A stretch of DNA of 64,000 nt. It comes from Bispira polyomma (lineage: Eukaryota). Where the stretch lies: NCBI GenBank assembly GCA_965649765.1, contig OZ287754.1, positions 1,550,001-1,614,000 on the forward strand, in the 5' to 3' direction. Shown one piece after another: positions 1-13,432 of this stretch. The number at the start of each line of letters is the position of its first letter. Within the stretch, counting starts at the first letter, position 1. The position numbers and the translations under genes are program-made. The notes beneath the pieces are model-generated. The model had not been told where the DNA came from. It did not search any database and saw nothing but the letters and a program-made list of their open reading frames with translations.

Positions 1-1164
1 GAAACAAACAGGATTTGAACCCACATTGGTGTTGGGCACTAGGCTACTGAAGCCCCTTGTCCCCCGGATTACATAAAAAAACTGCTAAAACCCTATTGCC
101 ATGGATTTTGGTGGTGGGATGATGTCAGATGGGCCCAGGGAAAACTCTATCCCATTGTTAGGGCAGTTCCGGGTAGATACATGGATCAAAAATGATTTTC
201 TTTCACTTTTGGTGGGGTAATTCGTGGAGATATGCACTCTACTAGTGGTGCCCTTTAGTTTTTGCCCATCCAAACAGCAAGGCAACTCTAGGATTTGATT
301 TTTTAATTATTTTTTTTTTTTGATGGAGAACAAAATAAAAAATTGTTTTTTAGTCATTGAAAAGATTCCTTCCAATTAAAACTCTTCTGTTGATTTTTTT
401 TTTGATTTTCTTTTTTGTTACAAAATTTGCATTTGATTGTTTTGTTTAGATGGACTTTTGCATGCATGGCAGCCCTTCTGTGAATGCTTTAAAATACCCA
501 AGATATTACAAATTCGTTCTTTATTATAATCTAAAACATTTTATACCATTTCAGTAGGTTTTATACCTCAAATGGTTGATTCTTTTTTAAACCCACTGGC
601 GATTCAGTGGTTTTGATGGTGGATACAGGATTCTTTTCACAATTTTGTCACTGTGGCCCACTCGGTTTTGAAGAGCGTATATGTCATTGTGAATTGTACA
701 ATAAAAAAAGGTATATATTTCCTTATTAGTCTTGGTCATGTGGTCCCTGACCTTATTCGCAGCACAGGTGTTTCGGAGAAATAAAAGATGATTTTTTGCT
801 CTGACTTGTTTCCAAAGTGGAAATTTTAGCTGGAAGGAAAATGTACTAATCTACAATTTTTGACAAGTTCATTGGAATTATTCTCACTGTTTTTTTTAAG
901 TTATGATGCCAATTTCGAATTTTTACTGAGATAGCTGAAATAATCAAAGTACAAACTCTCTGGTACAATAAATGGCAAATTTAGATATACAATTTTCATA
1001 CAATTTTATAGAATATTTGTATTTTTTAATGTTCACGAATTTAATGCCAGGAAATAATATGATAGGATTCTCCCAATATTTCAGGTAGTTTCAAATGAAA
1101 ATCTCCCCTGATACATTATATTAAACAAATAATTAAATAAACCAATATAAAAACAACAACAAAC

Positions 1165-1790
1165 AAACAACCAATAATCACAAAAATCACACAATCTTAG
1201 TGACGTAATTCTGGGTAATTCTGATGTCACAACCAGAGACACCCTCACAAAGACGCCTCTAGTAAATGTGTTCCATTCTGTATTCCCATCAGTTACTTCC
1301 ATCCAATTAAACCCTGTCCTTTCTCTTGATTAAACTCCAAGCCCATTCGCCAGATGCCTGGTCACGTGGTCTGGGTTTGTGCTGATTACAGACGGTTGGA
1401 AGGGGAGGGGGGGGGGGGGGAGGCGATCAGGAGGAGGGGGAGGGACTAGGAGAAATCTTAGGTGGAAGAATAATGTACTAATTTACAAAACAAAAACAAA
1501 CAACTAATAATCACAAAAACAAAATCCTAGTGACCTAATTCTGGGTAATTCTGATGTCACAACCAGAGACACCGTCACAAAGACGCCTCTAGTAAATGTG
1601 TTCCATTCTGTATTCCCATCAGTTACTTCCATCCAATTAAACCTTGTCCTTTCTCTTGATTAAACTCCAAGCCCCTTCTCCAGATTTCTGGTAGCGTGGT
1701 CTAGGTTTGTGCTGATTACAGACGGTTTGGGGGGTGGGGGGGGGGGGGGGGGAGGCGATCAGGAGAAGGGAGGGTTTAGGGACGAGGGGT
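1165..1790. repeat. About 330-bp-period tandem duplication, each copy ending in a poly-G tract
   Basis: ttctgggtaattctgatgtcacaaccagagacacc at 1209 and 1539. Confidence 0.95.
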
Positions 1791-2124
1791 GCATATGAAG
1801 TGGTGGGAGTTGTTTCCAAAGTAAAAATTTTAGTTGGAAGAATAATGTACTAATTTAGACTTTTTGATGACAAGTATATTGGAATGTATAATAAATATCA
1901 GGTGTAAAGCTGGAAAGAATACTGCACCTCAATCGGGTTTTGATCTGTGGATCTTCCGCTTACAAGGCCAATGGTTAACAGTTGAGCTAATGGGGATTCC
2001 CCGGATGTCCAAGTAATTTTGGCATGGTTATACCTATAAGAGGATATATTATACAGGTATTGTAGCGACATAAGGACTGATATAAAAGTCCACTTAGAAG
2101 AGTAAAAGAGGGTGGTTAGATGCA

Positions 2125-2310
2125 TTAGCTTCACAATCACTGGCCTCTCCCTAATGTGGCTTTAAATCCTATTCGTTCTGTCATGTCGGGAAAGATTGTC
2201 AGGTACTTGTCGTAGATCGGTATTTACTGTTGCTTCAGCACTGGTTTTATCCACCAATAAAAACTGGCCGTCATGATATGATGTAAGCTGTTGAAAGTGA
2301 CTTAAAAAAC
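2125..2310 (+). mobile_element. SINE copy (tRNA-like head, conserved core)
   Basis: Core tccaccaataaaaactggccgtcatgatatga..aagctgttgaaagtg recurs about 10 times in the window in both orientations; resembles mollusc Meta-type SINE cores as I recall them. Confidence 0.7.
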
Positions 2311-2846
2311 CACAAAATTTTGTAAAAGTATTAGTCATAAAGCACTCCAATATCAGATAGTTTTGGACAGTTAGGACAACAAAAACATATAGTATTTTGA
2401 AATTATTGAGTAGTGAAATACATGGGGACAAAGGCGTAACATTAAAATGTATACTTTTGATATAACCTTCATAAAGTGCAATACAAACCTTTCAAAATTG
2501 TTGCCCCTGTGTTCTGAAATATTCCCCCAGTTAAGCTTTATTCACCAGAAACACCTTCTGGGTTTAGGAGAAAAACTCTTCAAACTCACTTAGTTCCCTT
2601 GGTTTCCTCTCTGGCCACCCAGACAACTTTACTAACGGCCTGGCTGTGTGTTTTTTTTTGGACTTTTTGATAGAAAATTGATTCTGTTGTTAAACTTTGA
2701 AAGATGTCTCGCATCAATAAGGCACAATAAAAATACAATACCAATACAACATGTCAGCACTATATCAACCATAAACAAGGCATTGTAACTTTATTTTACC
2801 CAATAAGTTTTTCTTTATTTAGCATAATAAGCCCACATTGAATAGA

Positions 2847-2971
2847 ACTTGATATACATTGAGTACATTAGACTTGATCTGCATTGAGTACATTATACTT
2901 GATATACATTGAGTACATTAGACTTGATGCACATTGAGTACATTAGACTTGATATACATTGAGTACATTAG
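2847..2971. repeat. 25-bp x5 minisatellite
   Basis: acttgatatacattgagtacattag. Confidence 0.95.
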
Positions 2972-5900
2972 GCTGATAGTACCTTGACTTCTCAAGGGAA
3001 AGTAAGCTGTAAACTGTCAGATTAGTTCACCTTTGTTATTGGTACCCAATATGTCCCTCGTACCAGAACACACATATACCAGTATATACTGTCATACTGT
3101 CTAGTTATATATCTTGCTTCATTTAAAATTGATGTTCAATGTTTATTAACATATACTGTTATTGCTAGCAAGTGGTGGGACATTCATAGAATACACCAAG
3201 TTGTGCTATTAGTTTTGCATATTTTACCTAGTATTGTATTAATTGGAATTTAGATTTTAACATTTAGTTGGGTTTTACCTCGCTTTCAACAGCTTGGGTC
3301 ATATCATGATGGCCAGATTTTAAAGGTGGAAGAAGAACTCACTGCTGCAGTAATGTAAAACAACAGCTCCTGAATGTGACAATGTAGTCAAAAATCTAAC
3401 CCAGTGAAAATGTAAATATTGTTAACTATTTTCAAATTAGGTATGATGTATTCTATCTCTTCAAACTGAGTTCCCGCAATATACAGCCTCACATCCTTCC
3501 CTACGACTGTGGCTATGTTTTTTCGACTTTTCGATTGGTTAATTAATTCCGTTGGGGTGCTTTAGGAGATATTTCATACCAATGAGGAGAGTTAATATCA
3601 TACAATAATAGAAACTGCCGACAATATTTTCTGAAATAAAACCTTCCCACATTGTGCAAACACAAAAAATATAGAATTTATCTTTATTTAGCGCAAAACT
3701 CTTGTCTCCTCTATAGTATTTACATTAGAAAATCGCTTCCTTAGGGAACCTTTAAATATCAGATTTTCACAAGGATGTTTCTGTCTACACAAAATGATGC
3801 TCAAGCCCCAAATTGAGTTACTTTTGTCAGAGCTGGGTTATCTCTTAGATATTATACAATTAAGAAGAGTTATAAAATTAATACAACACCCTTAATTTAA
3901 GTGAGTATGTTTCAGCTGAGTAATAAAGTAACACTCCGAAATAATGTAAATTGTATATGTTTGTTTCTATATCCACAGCATAGCCATAAGCTGGTCTATG
4001 GTCTTATCTCTCATAAAACGACACATAATCAGGACATTGGTGTGTGATAGGGACTTTACTAGGACATACAGTTTGAAAGGACATACCGGCTTGATATATG
4101 GAAGAATAAAATCTGGGTATTGACATACTGACTGTACCAGGTTGGATTCAGAGCTGGTGCAGATTTGATGACTTTACAATAACACTGTTTGTGATTGTAA
4201 AAAATGAGGGTATAAGGTGAAGACATTGGGACATTGTTACCAATTGACCTCTACTCTAGTAGATGTGATTGTTTTTCGTCTCTAGCTAAAATATGGTACA
4301 CAAAATCTCCAAGAAAAGTTGCATTTATAAATAATCAAGCAGGTTAAAAAGGAAAACATACACAGAGATTTTTGTTAAAATTTATTTCCGTTGTAAAGAA
4401 ATCAGTTCGATTTATGTGAGCCCAATAAACTATTTACCTGTGCCCCATTCACATATCACCGGATGATAGTCACAACCAGAAGGCAGCCAAAGTAAGCAGA
4501 CCTTATGGTGACTTGTCTTTGCTCCTATTAAATCAGCTGTTTTATCTAGGTAATATAAATCAAACTTCTCCTGATACGTTTTTAAAGATGGAAACATACA
4601 GAAACGAATACTAGGATGAGACTTGACAATAGTAATATGGAAATACAAGGAAACATGAGGAAGACTAACAGGAGTGATACAAAAACACTCGGAAATAGTC
4701 AGAAACAGGAGGAAACAGGTGAAGACATGTGAGAATGAAATAGTTACAGTAGTGATTTGACAAAACTCAGAAATGTGCTGAAACATTTTGCCTCACATGG
4801 CCTATCGCAGAACGCTCTGGGTAACCTTGCAACAAGATGATTTCCATAATTTCCCATGAGAGAACGGCACATAACGAATAATAATTGATCTTTCGAAATA
4901 TTTATGGCATTAGATCATTGCAGGTTTTTGTTAAAACTTACTAAACTCAAATAAAAAATGATCATTGTACAAATTACTGACTCCAGTTTGACTTCTCATA
5001 AATTGTATAAACCATAAGATCAATACAAAATGAATCATGTGACGTCAATATGAAATACCATTAGAAAACCCAACATATAACTTGAAGACGTCAATATATC
5101 ATTGTAAGTTTAGCACATACAAAATTGTATAGCAGTAAACAGGTCCACATTTTGCATTTGAGTGCAGATTAAATGTAATGTGGATATTACCTTAAATAAT
5201 GTAACCCTAAAACGGACAGTTCTAAAATAAAGGTTGACATTTTTACGATAAAAATTTGATCTTTTCTCTTAGTATTAGTGTTAGGAATATATGCATGCTG
5301 TTTAGTAAGAGATACACCTCATGTCTAGACAGTACATTGTTTGGATATTAGATAGATACAGCCAACAAGCTTGACTAAGAACCAAGGTGCAGAATTTATG
5401 ATTTTACAATGACATTGTCTCCTTGAGGATAGCTGCAGGGGTGTGTGAGTTGAAGACATTGCAACAACCTACCAATCAACCTCCTACTGTAGGCAACAAT
5501 TGACACACAAAAGTGGAATTATATGGCAGAACAACCTGTTTTTTACAGTCAACATATGATCAAGTTTACCTTCCTGGGTAAATTTAAATGCAAAAAGAAA
5601 TCTTTGAAGTGACACATCTGTGAAAGTGGTGACAACAAAATCAGACAATGAATAGCAAGCCAATCTAATAGTTTGTAAATTAGGTATGGAGGGACATCTG
5701 TGCAGATACCCAGACTAAAAATTGCTCTATATATAGTTTGGAAGGTACTGTGACTTGTTTAAATAGGTCTCTGTCTATGGGGACCTTCACATAAAAGGTT
5801 TTGATGTTTTTATTTCACACAAGAGATACGTAATTCTTTATAATAAGTATTCAGATATGTTCAGAACATATCAAAAGTCAACAGTAAAATACAAGATTTT

Positions 5901-7349
5901 GTGGTCTTTAAATTTAAAGGAGCCAGTATTTTCAAATTTACGCCCAAATATTTGTGAAACTGATGCATACCAATTTTGAACCATTTTGGTTGGGGCTAGG
6001 TTATGGGCCAGAAAAAGAAGCAATTTTATTTGGGTACTAGGATGTTTACTGTGCATGTAGTAACCAGATACCTAGAGATGTACCAGAATGGTTACTGTAG
6101 TAATTGGATCATTTTGGTGCAATGAGTTACATTCATAGAATTGAGACAGTTTCCCTTTGAGAGCTGGTCTAGGTCTGTAGCTAGTCTGGGGTTCTCACCA
6201 TGCCGGTATGGAGAGACAGTAAGAGACATATTGAAAATTGCCATGGGGTGCAATGAATGCTATATATAGCGTCCCTTAAGTTTATCTTTCTTCCCAAACC
6301 TTCTACAGAGTTGGCCCTGCAAGGCCAACTTATTTGGTGGGGGTCAAAACTCAAGGCCGCCTGTTTCTATCTATTAAGACTATTTACGTATCACTACTGT
6401 AACTCTGCCACGACAGTAATTGGCTGTTTCCATCTATAAAACTTATCTGCACAAGTTTCAAGGGGTATATGTCGCCTACATAGAACAACCCTTTTAATAT
6501 GCAGAAATATTAGTTACAGACTTCCTCGTACCTTCAGGTACTGCCTACCATACTGCCAATATGAGAATGGGGACTAAAAGCCCACAGCCTTCCGATTGTG
6601 TACGCCTATGGCAGAGGGATGCACTCTACTGAGTGCTCTTGTTATCTAAAGTGATAAACCAAACCATCAAAAATGAGATCACTTAAAATGCACTCCATCT
6701 CCATTCCTTAGTTAATGTGACCCTGTATGTGACAGTTGTAATGATTGCAATTTGTTTGAATCAAAATATCATTTAAAATGGCCTTGTGTCAGTAATAGCG
6801 ATCTAATCTGGCCATAAGTAATTGTAGGACATAATCCAGACATTACATTGATACTATCTGTTCTAGTTCTTGGTTCTAGATAAATTCTGAAAATTAAAAT
6901 ATAAAAAAAGGTCCATTCACACAGACCGGATCCAGTTCACAAATAAAGCAGTGTAAGCATTCACACAGAAAATGCATCTGGATCTGGAGCCGACGATCCG
7001 GTCTGTATCAAATTAACACACATTTTGTTTCTAATTTTTGATGGATCCATATTCGGATCCAAGCACCTGCAAAGTACCTTCAAATTTCATATGATTGGGC
7101 CGGATTTTTTTACCAGTATGAACAGGAAACAGACAATATCTGTTTTCGGATAATTTTACGAATGCAGAGCTCAATCCGGATGCGGTCCAGTGTGTTTCTA
7201 CATTTAAAGTATAACTTTTTCCAGTGCCTGCTTCACAATCACTGGCCTCACACAAATTTGGGTTGGAATCCTGTTCATTAGGTGAAAGTAATACATTAAT
7301 AATACAGTGCGGCTGTCACTTCCATTTTATTCCCCTAACTGTGACAACT

Positions 7350-7560
7350 GTGGCCCAGTAGTTAAAAGTGCCTGCTTCACAATCAATGACCTTTCGTCAA
7401 TGTGGGTTTCAATCCAGTTCATCCCTTCATGTGGGAAAGTCTCTAAAGTACTTGCTGTAGGTCGGTGGTTTAAAGTGCAGATTCAACACTTTTTTTTCCA
7501 CCATTAAATCTGGCTGCCAAGATATGACCATAGCTAATGAATGGTACGTTAAAACTCACC
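7350..7560 (+). mobile_element. SINE copy
   Basis: gtggcccagtagttaaa head; ttccaccattaaatctggctg..gatatgacc core. Confidence 0.7.
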
Positions 7561-8394
7561 TAAATTCTAAAGGAACCAAATGGATCTCAGTACATACCTC
7601 TAACAAGGCACCACATTGCCAAAATTTGAATACAAATAAACCCAAATCCACCTCCAAATTCTATAGATTATGCCTTGGCCCATGGCCGTGTCCAACTACA
7701 TTTCATGTAAATCAGTTTATCAGTTTTGGGTGACAATATCAAGCCAACAGAAATCGGGCAAAAACATAACCTCATGCAAACCTCATGCAAACCTAGTTGC
7801 ATTTTATTAATGAGACTTTCTTTTGAGCTCTCTCACATTTCGAGTATTATTAATGTATTAAAGCTGGCAAAAACTAGTAGTTGACACTCAACTCATGTCA
7901 ATTAGATGCTGTTTTCATCATAACAGGGGGCTCAATTACTCACATTAGTATAGGTTTGGGGAGTCACACAGAGATTAACCTCTGTGTGACTGGGGCTTTA
8001 GATCATATCACCATGGCCAGATATAATAGTGGAAAAAACAATGCAGGAGTGCTGTAAACTTCTTCCTACAGCAAATACCTGAGAAATACCACTAGCTTCA
8101 GAACCTGAGAAACCTTAAATATCCAAACTTCTGTTAAATATCCAATCTTATGTTAAATATCCAAACTTCTGTAATCCAAACATACAATTTGACTGAACCC
8201 GTTATATATTTTCTCCATATCTAAAATATAAGTCCAATGTACACAGGTCAAAGGTTCACTTTGATAAAACTTTGGCAATTGTTGCTCTCACTGCGGAATA
8301 GTTCACCTCTCACTACATTAGAACAGCTTCATCCCTGCATCCAGTTTGAAGAGTTTTAAGTATCAAGTGAATTTAGCTCAACTGGGAGACCAGT

Positions 8395-8735
8395 CCATAA
8401 CATAGGGGCAGCAGTAGAGAAATCTCTTGATCCAGCTTTCTTGGTCGGTCTTACAGAGGAAACAGAAAGTCTCTTTCTTCCTTGAGGTGCCTGAAGGAAA
8501 GGCGAACAGCAAGGTATTAAGGCTGTTTAAAAATAACAGCTTTGAAAGTGGTGACAGGCATTATAAAAATTATTCGATAGTGAATGGAAAGCCAATGTAT
8601 TTTTTTGAGGTATGGAAGGAAACCAGTACGTATAACGATTTAATACAGATAGTTTAAATAGACCGCAATTTGCATATGTACGACTTTTGGCTTCTAGCAA
8701 AACGGAATTGCAGTAGTCTAGACGGCAGCTAAAAG
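8395..8735 (-). mobile_element. L2/CR1 LINE 3' fragment
   Basis: RLDYCNSVLL motif; homologous to 28020-28230. Confidence 0.7.
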
Positions 8736-9714
8736 TGGAGTTAGCCACAATATCCAGAAATATAATACACACAGCAAGTTGAAATTTTGTAACATGTACA
8801 AACAAAATATAACATAAAATTAATTTCATATTTCTGAAAAAGAGAACATTCTCTATCTCAAAAGATCCAATATATTTCCATCATTCTGATAGTCAGATGG
8901 TAAATATCGATTTGGCTGTTGGTTTCAATACTTTTATACCATAAATTAGGAGCATAATTTTTAATTGAGAATTTACTACATCTTGAGATTTCTGAAATGA
9001 AGTTTAAGTGACCACAGCTGACAAAGCTACTACCATTAATTTTTAATTTACCACAAACATGACATTAGGTTGTTTTTAATATATAAAGACTTATACACGG
9101 CTGAATTTTTCAATTTTGTTAAAATGCCCAAGTTGCTCCTGCCATCTCTAGAACTTCCTCTTTATCAGACAGTATTGTGTCATGACGTAATCAAGCTGTA
9201 GTACACACCTAGATGGTATTCAGCTCAGGATCATCAGATGTGTGCTTCCGTAATGGCAAGAAGATGGAAAAATAACTGATTCACTGATGGATTTAGAGGG
9301 AGCCTGTATATGTGAACACAGAAATAAGACATTTTTGGCTCTAAGAACAGTAATAGACTCAGGTGAGGGTTTTCAGGTCCTATCATTTTTATTATTATTG
9401 ATCAAACTATTTGGGGGGGGGGGGGGGGGGGGGGGGGCTTAATTTTTGTGTATTTTAAATTCTAAAGCATACTTGCATAAATGATAATGAGAATTCAAAT
9501 ATTATAATTACTGAAGCCAAAAAAACACATTTAAAAATGCTACTACAATATTACCACAAATAGATACAAAACAATTGAGATACTGTCACTAATTAGCTGT
9601 AGTTAATGTAACCTGGGAAACGGTTGTTGAGTTAAAACAGTGTTGAGTTAAAAATACCAACAGAAACTATAGCGTACATAAACATTATGAATGGGAACTG
9701 ATATTTAATTGAGA

Positions 9715-9912
9715 TTTACGTTGTGTTGAACAGCTTCAAGATGGCCAGATTTAATGGTGGAAACCATTGCTTGAGTACTGTAAACCACCGGCCTATGGCA
9801 AAGCACCTAAAACACTTTCCCACATGAAGCAAACAACAGGATTCAAACCAACATTAGAGTGAGGTCAGTGATTATGATGCAGATACATCTAACAACTAGG
9901 GCACCGGGGCCC
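9715..9912 (-). mobile_element. SINE copy
   Basis: Minus strand starts GGGCCCCGGTGCCCTAGTTGTTAGA (A-box-like); core atggccagatttaatggtggaa on plus strand. Confidence 0.75.
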
Positions 9913-10480
9913 TAAAGGGAACAAGTACTGTCAGTAGTATAGGATGCGTAAAACACCCCCCCATACACATGCTGATTAGGTGTTGTGACGTTGGTCGTCA
10001 TGATGATGTCATTATGGTTGCTATGGCGATGCGACAATTTGTTGCAGGGGTGTGCAACATTTGAATTTGTGACATTTTGTCACATGTGACTTGATATGTT
10101 CCCAGAATGAAAGATGTTTCTGTTTTAGCCGTAAATAATAAATTTGAGGTTTAGTAAGATCCACATAATATGTTTCAATGCTTAAAATACTGTCCTGAAA
10201 TGAATATATACAGTTAATAAACATAATGGTCCACATATATACAGGCAACATACATAATTCCAAGTCATTTGTGTACTGGAAACCTAATGAATAACTCCTA
10301 ATGCATAACTTCTGTAAGAAATATATAATGAAATATGTGGCTCCAATGATTATTTTGACTGTTGTGATTTTTGGGCTGTATTATTAATCTGACCTGCAAC
10401 CAGCACAACAGAGATATTGGTTTTTCACTACTGTTTATGTTTTGGTTATGCTCTGTCAAGTCCCACTATAAAGTAGAAAG

Positions 10481-10900
10481 AATGAACAAAATTTTGACTT
10501 CAATTTATTTTAATCCTGCCCATCCTGCTAGTTTTTCTGGGCCTCAAAAGCTGTATGAGGTTGCAGTAAAAAGAAGACCGGTCCATAACTCTAACAGATA
10601 AGAAATCATGGTTAAGTGGAGAAGACACTTATACATTGCACAAATCTGCAAGAAGGAATATTAAGAAAAACAAAATCCTTGATGGATACCAAAAAAATTG
10701 CCCAATACAATGATGATCATCATTTTGTTTTGTTAGCCATAGATAATTTTTCCCAGTATGTCTGGACAGTACCTTCGAAGAACAAATCTGGAGGTGAAGT
10801 TGTACATGCTTTCTCACTAGTCTTCACAAAAACAGAACACCAGATACTATACGGTCAGATAGGGGAACCTATTATCTAGTTTACAAAGTGCAACAATTAT
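10481..10900 (+). pseudogene. Polinton retroviral-like (rve) integrase, N-terminal fragment
   Basis: MNKILTSIYFNPAHPASFSGPQKLY and IAQYNDDHHFVLLAIDNFSQYVWTVPSKNKSGGEVVHAF; frameshifted and truncated. Confidence 0.88.
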
Positions 10901-11823
10901 TCAAAACTAATAGTAGAAAAAGTATATCTTACAAAAACAGGGATTCTTAACAGCTTTATTGGTTCCCATTTTAAGAACTGTTATTCCCCTATTTCTAAAA
11001 AATTGATTTCATTATGAAACGACGAATAAATATATTGAAAAGATCGATCTTCCCAAAGCTTTGTTGAGCAACAGGGCCTGTGTAAATCCAGTGGGAAGGG
11101 CAGCTACAGCCATGGTTAGATTGGAAACGGATATGGGTGACCTGTTAGAAAATACCAATTTGAAGCCATCAGAGAAAATGAAGTTTTACAATCAGTCAAT
11201 GATTTTACTCAAAATTTATGATCACCAACAAAATGATGGATTATTTCCCCTTGGTAAAAACTTTTAGAAGCTCTTGGTAAAGCAGAAGATCTAGAAAATC
11301 ATTACCCAAAAATAACACTGCCTACATCGTTATATTGGAATAAAAGAGGTGAAATTTTGCCATCAGACCTTATTTTGCTCAAAAGCTACAATATGCCAAT
11401 ATTCCAGCCATGTTGTTGGGAATTCGACATTAGTTCTAATCATCAGAGATGGAACCAGAAATGGAAACAAAAATGGAAGCAGAAATGGAACCAGAGTTGG
11501 AACCACGAGAATTACCAAAAATTATGAAGTAAAAATGGGATAGTGTATAAAAAGGCTCACACTTTTGACTGTGCATTCAGTTTGATGCGAACACTGCTGT
11601 GAACATTGCACCGTGAAGGACAACAGGAGAGTCTACAGTTCCCATACGAGATCAAGATGGCATACACAATATATACATCTGTACATCTATTGCGATCAAA
11701 CTTGTGGCAGTGGGAGATGCTAAAGTTCCTCTTCTTAGAATATTATACTTCCCTTACAAAAGACCCATCATTTCATCCAAAGTGTTCAAAGAGAGAGGAC
11801 CTCCCAGAAAAAGGAGAAGAAGA

Positions 11824-12254
11824 GATATATACTCCTAAACCATGCCTCTGATACACCCATTGTCTTGCGAGTGTGTCAATAGAGAGTTTGACTCAGACCA
11901 GCATTGAAGAGGGAAAATGGTCAAATATGGTCGTGTGACAGCAACAAAAGATATCAGTGATACCATTGAATTTAAAATAGCTTAGTCAGATTCTGAGTAA
12001 ATTAATCTAAAAAGAGTTTCATTCATATCAAAGCCAAAAGATACATACTCCTAAACCATGCCTCTGATACACCCATTGTCTTGCGATTGTGTCAACAGAG
12101 AGTTTGACTCAGACCAGCACTGAAAAGGGAAAATGGTCAAATATGGTCGTGTGAGAGCAACAAAAGACATCAGTGATACCATTGAATTTAAAATAGCTTA
12201 ATCAGATTCTGAGTACATTGATCTAAAACAGTTGCATTCATATCAAAGCCAAAA
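11824..12254 (+). repeat. 216-bp tandem duplication of the capsid gene 5' end
   Basis: ACTCCTAAACCATGCCTCTGATACACCC at 11831 and again at 12047. Confidence 0.95.
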
Positions 12255-12850
12255 TTGTAAACCAGCATGGCACCAATTTAGCTGACACAGCAGGAGTGGA
12301 TCCAGTGAAGTTTGGGCTGCACGCCTTATTCAGTCAGATAGATGTCAGGTTGAAAGACACTTTAGTGACCAACTCCAACAACACCTACCCTTACAAGGTC
12401 TATATAGAATCTTTGCTAATTGTTGGCCCAGCGAGTCAACTAACTGCATCAATATGGTACAAAGACACCAACAACATTTCCCTGGATGACACAAACAAGG
12501 GATACAAAAAAGAAAGAAACTAGCTAAACAAAGTCGCCTGATCGACATGATGGTAAAATTGCACTTGGACCTAATGTTTTAAAACCGTTACCTTCTGAAT
12601 CACATCCTAATGATGTTACATTTAACCAGAAGTAAGGATAAGTTATGTGTCGTTGGCCCAAACGATGTTGCTAACTTCAAGTTGAAATTAGAAAGTGTCA
12701 AAATGATGATCAGAAAAGTACAGATCAGCTCTTTCATCCAGGCTGCTCATACAAAAGACTCTAGAGCTGGGAACTGCTAAGTATCCAATCATCAGAGCAC
12801 AATGCAAGACCTTTACCATTGGAATAGGAACCAGACCTCTATTCTGGTAA
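11842..12850 (+). pseudogene. Polinton major capsid protein relic
   Basis: MPLIHPLSCECV..., TQTSIEEGKW, IEFKIA, EYIDL, LHALFSQIDVRL, NNTYPYKVYIESLL, SQLTASIWYKDT; stops, frameshifts, and a duplicated 5' part. Confidence 0.82.
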
Positions 12851-12859
12851 AAAATGAGA

Positions 12860-13140
12860 TGTGTATTTATCTGCAACACAGATTGTTCTCACAAAGAGGG
12901 AACCCATTGGATAGTACTTAGGAGAAATGAGATGCCATGTACTTTGACTCCGATTACCACCTCTCTTCAATTAGTTCATGTAGTTTTTCCATTTTCCAGC
13001 ATTTTGCGAAAAATTGTACTTACAAAACAGTTGCAAAGTTCATTTTCAATGGCCTGTTGACACTATTGTGCTGTATTTGTTCTGTACACCATTGCGTGAT
13101 ATACCATGGAAGAGATTGTCAACAGATTAGAATTCTGCAA
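12860..13140 (+). pseudogene. Polinton adenain-like cysteine protease relic
   Basis: FICNTDCSHKEGTHWIV, YFDS, KQLQSSFSMAC across frameshifts. Confidence 0.8.
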
Positions 13141-13233
13141 TAATGGACAAATTCAGAACTTGTATCTCTTAATTAATTAAAAATTAATAATTTAAAAAAA
13201 AAAATTTAAAGGGATTAATTTTTTGGGGGGTTT

Positions 13234-13432
13234 AGCTCCACATCTCCACACCTCCACATATGGTACCTCAACATGTGATACCTCCACATCTCCAAACATT
13301 CACATCTCTACATGTGGTACCTCCACATCTCCACATGTGGCACCTCCACACCTCTACATCGCCACATGTGATACCTCTACATCTCCACAGTTGGTACCTT
13401 CACATGTCCACATGTCCATATGTGGAACCTCA
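13234..13432. repeat. Degenerate minisatellite (ACCTCCACAT / ACATGTGG subunits) within the Polinton
   Basis: Repeated cctccacat and acatgtggtacc blocks. Confidence 0.9.

Noticed and set aside
6480-7800. Possible Helentron-type ends (about 6610-6645, 7600-7790) and a MITE (about 6910-7200)
   Set aside because: Only short resemblances; boundaries and family cannot be supported without a repeat library.
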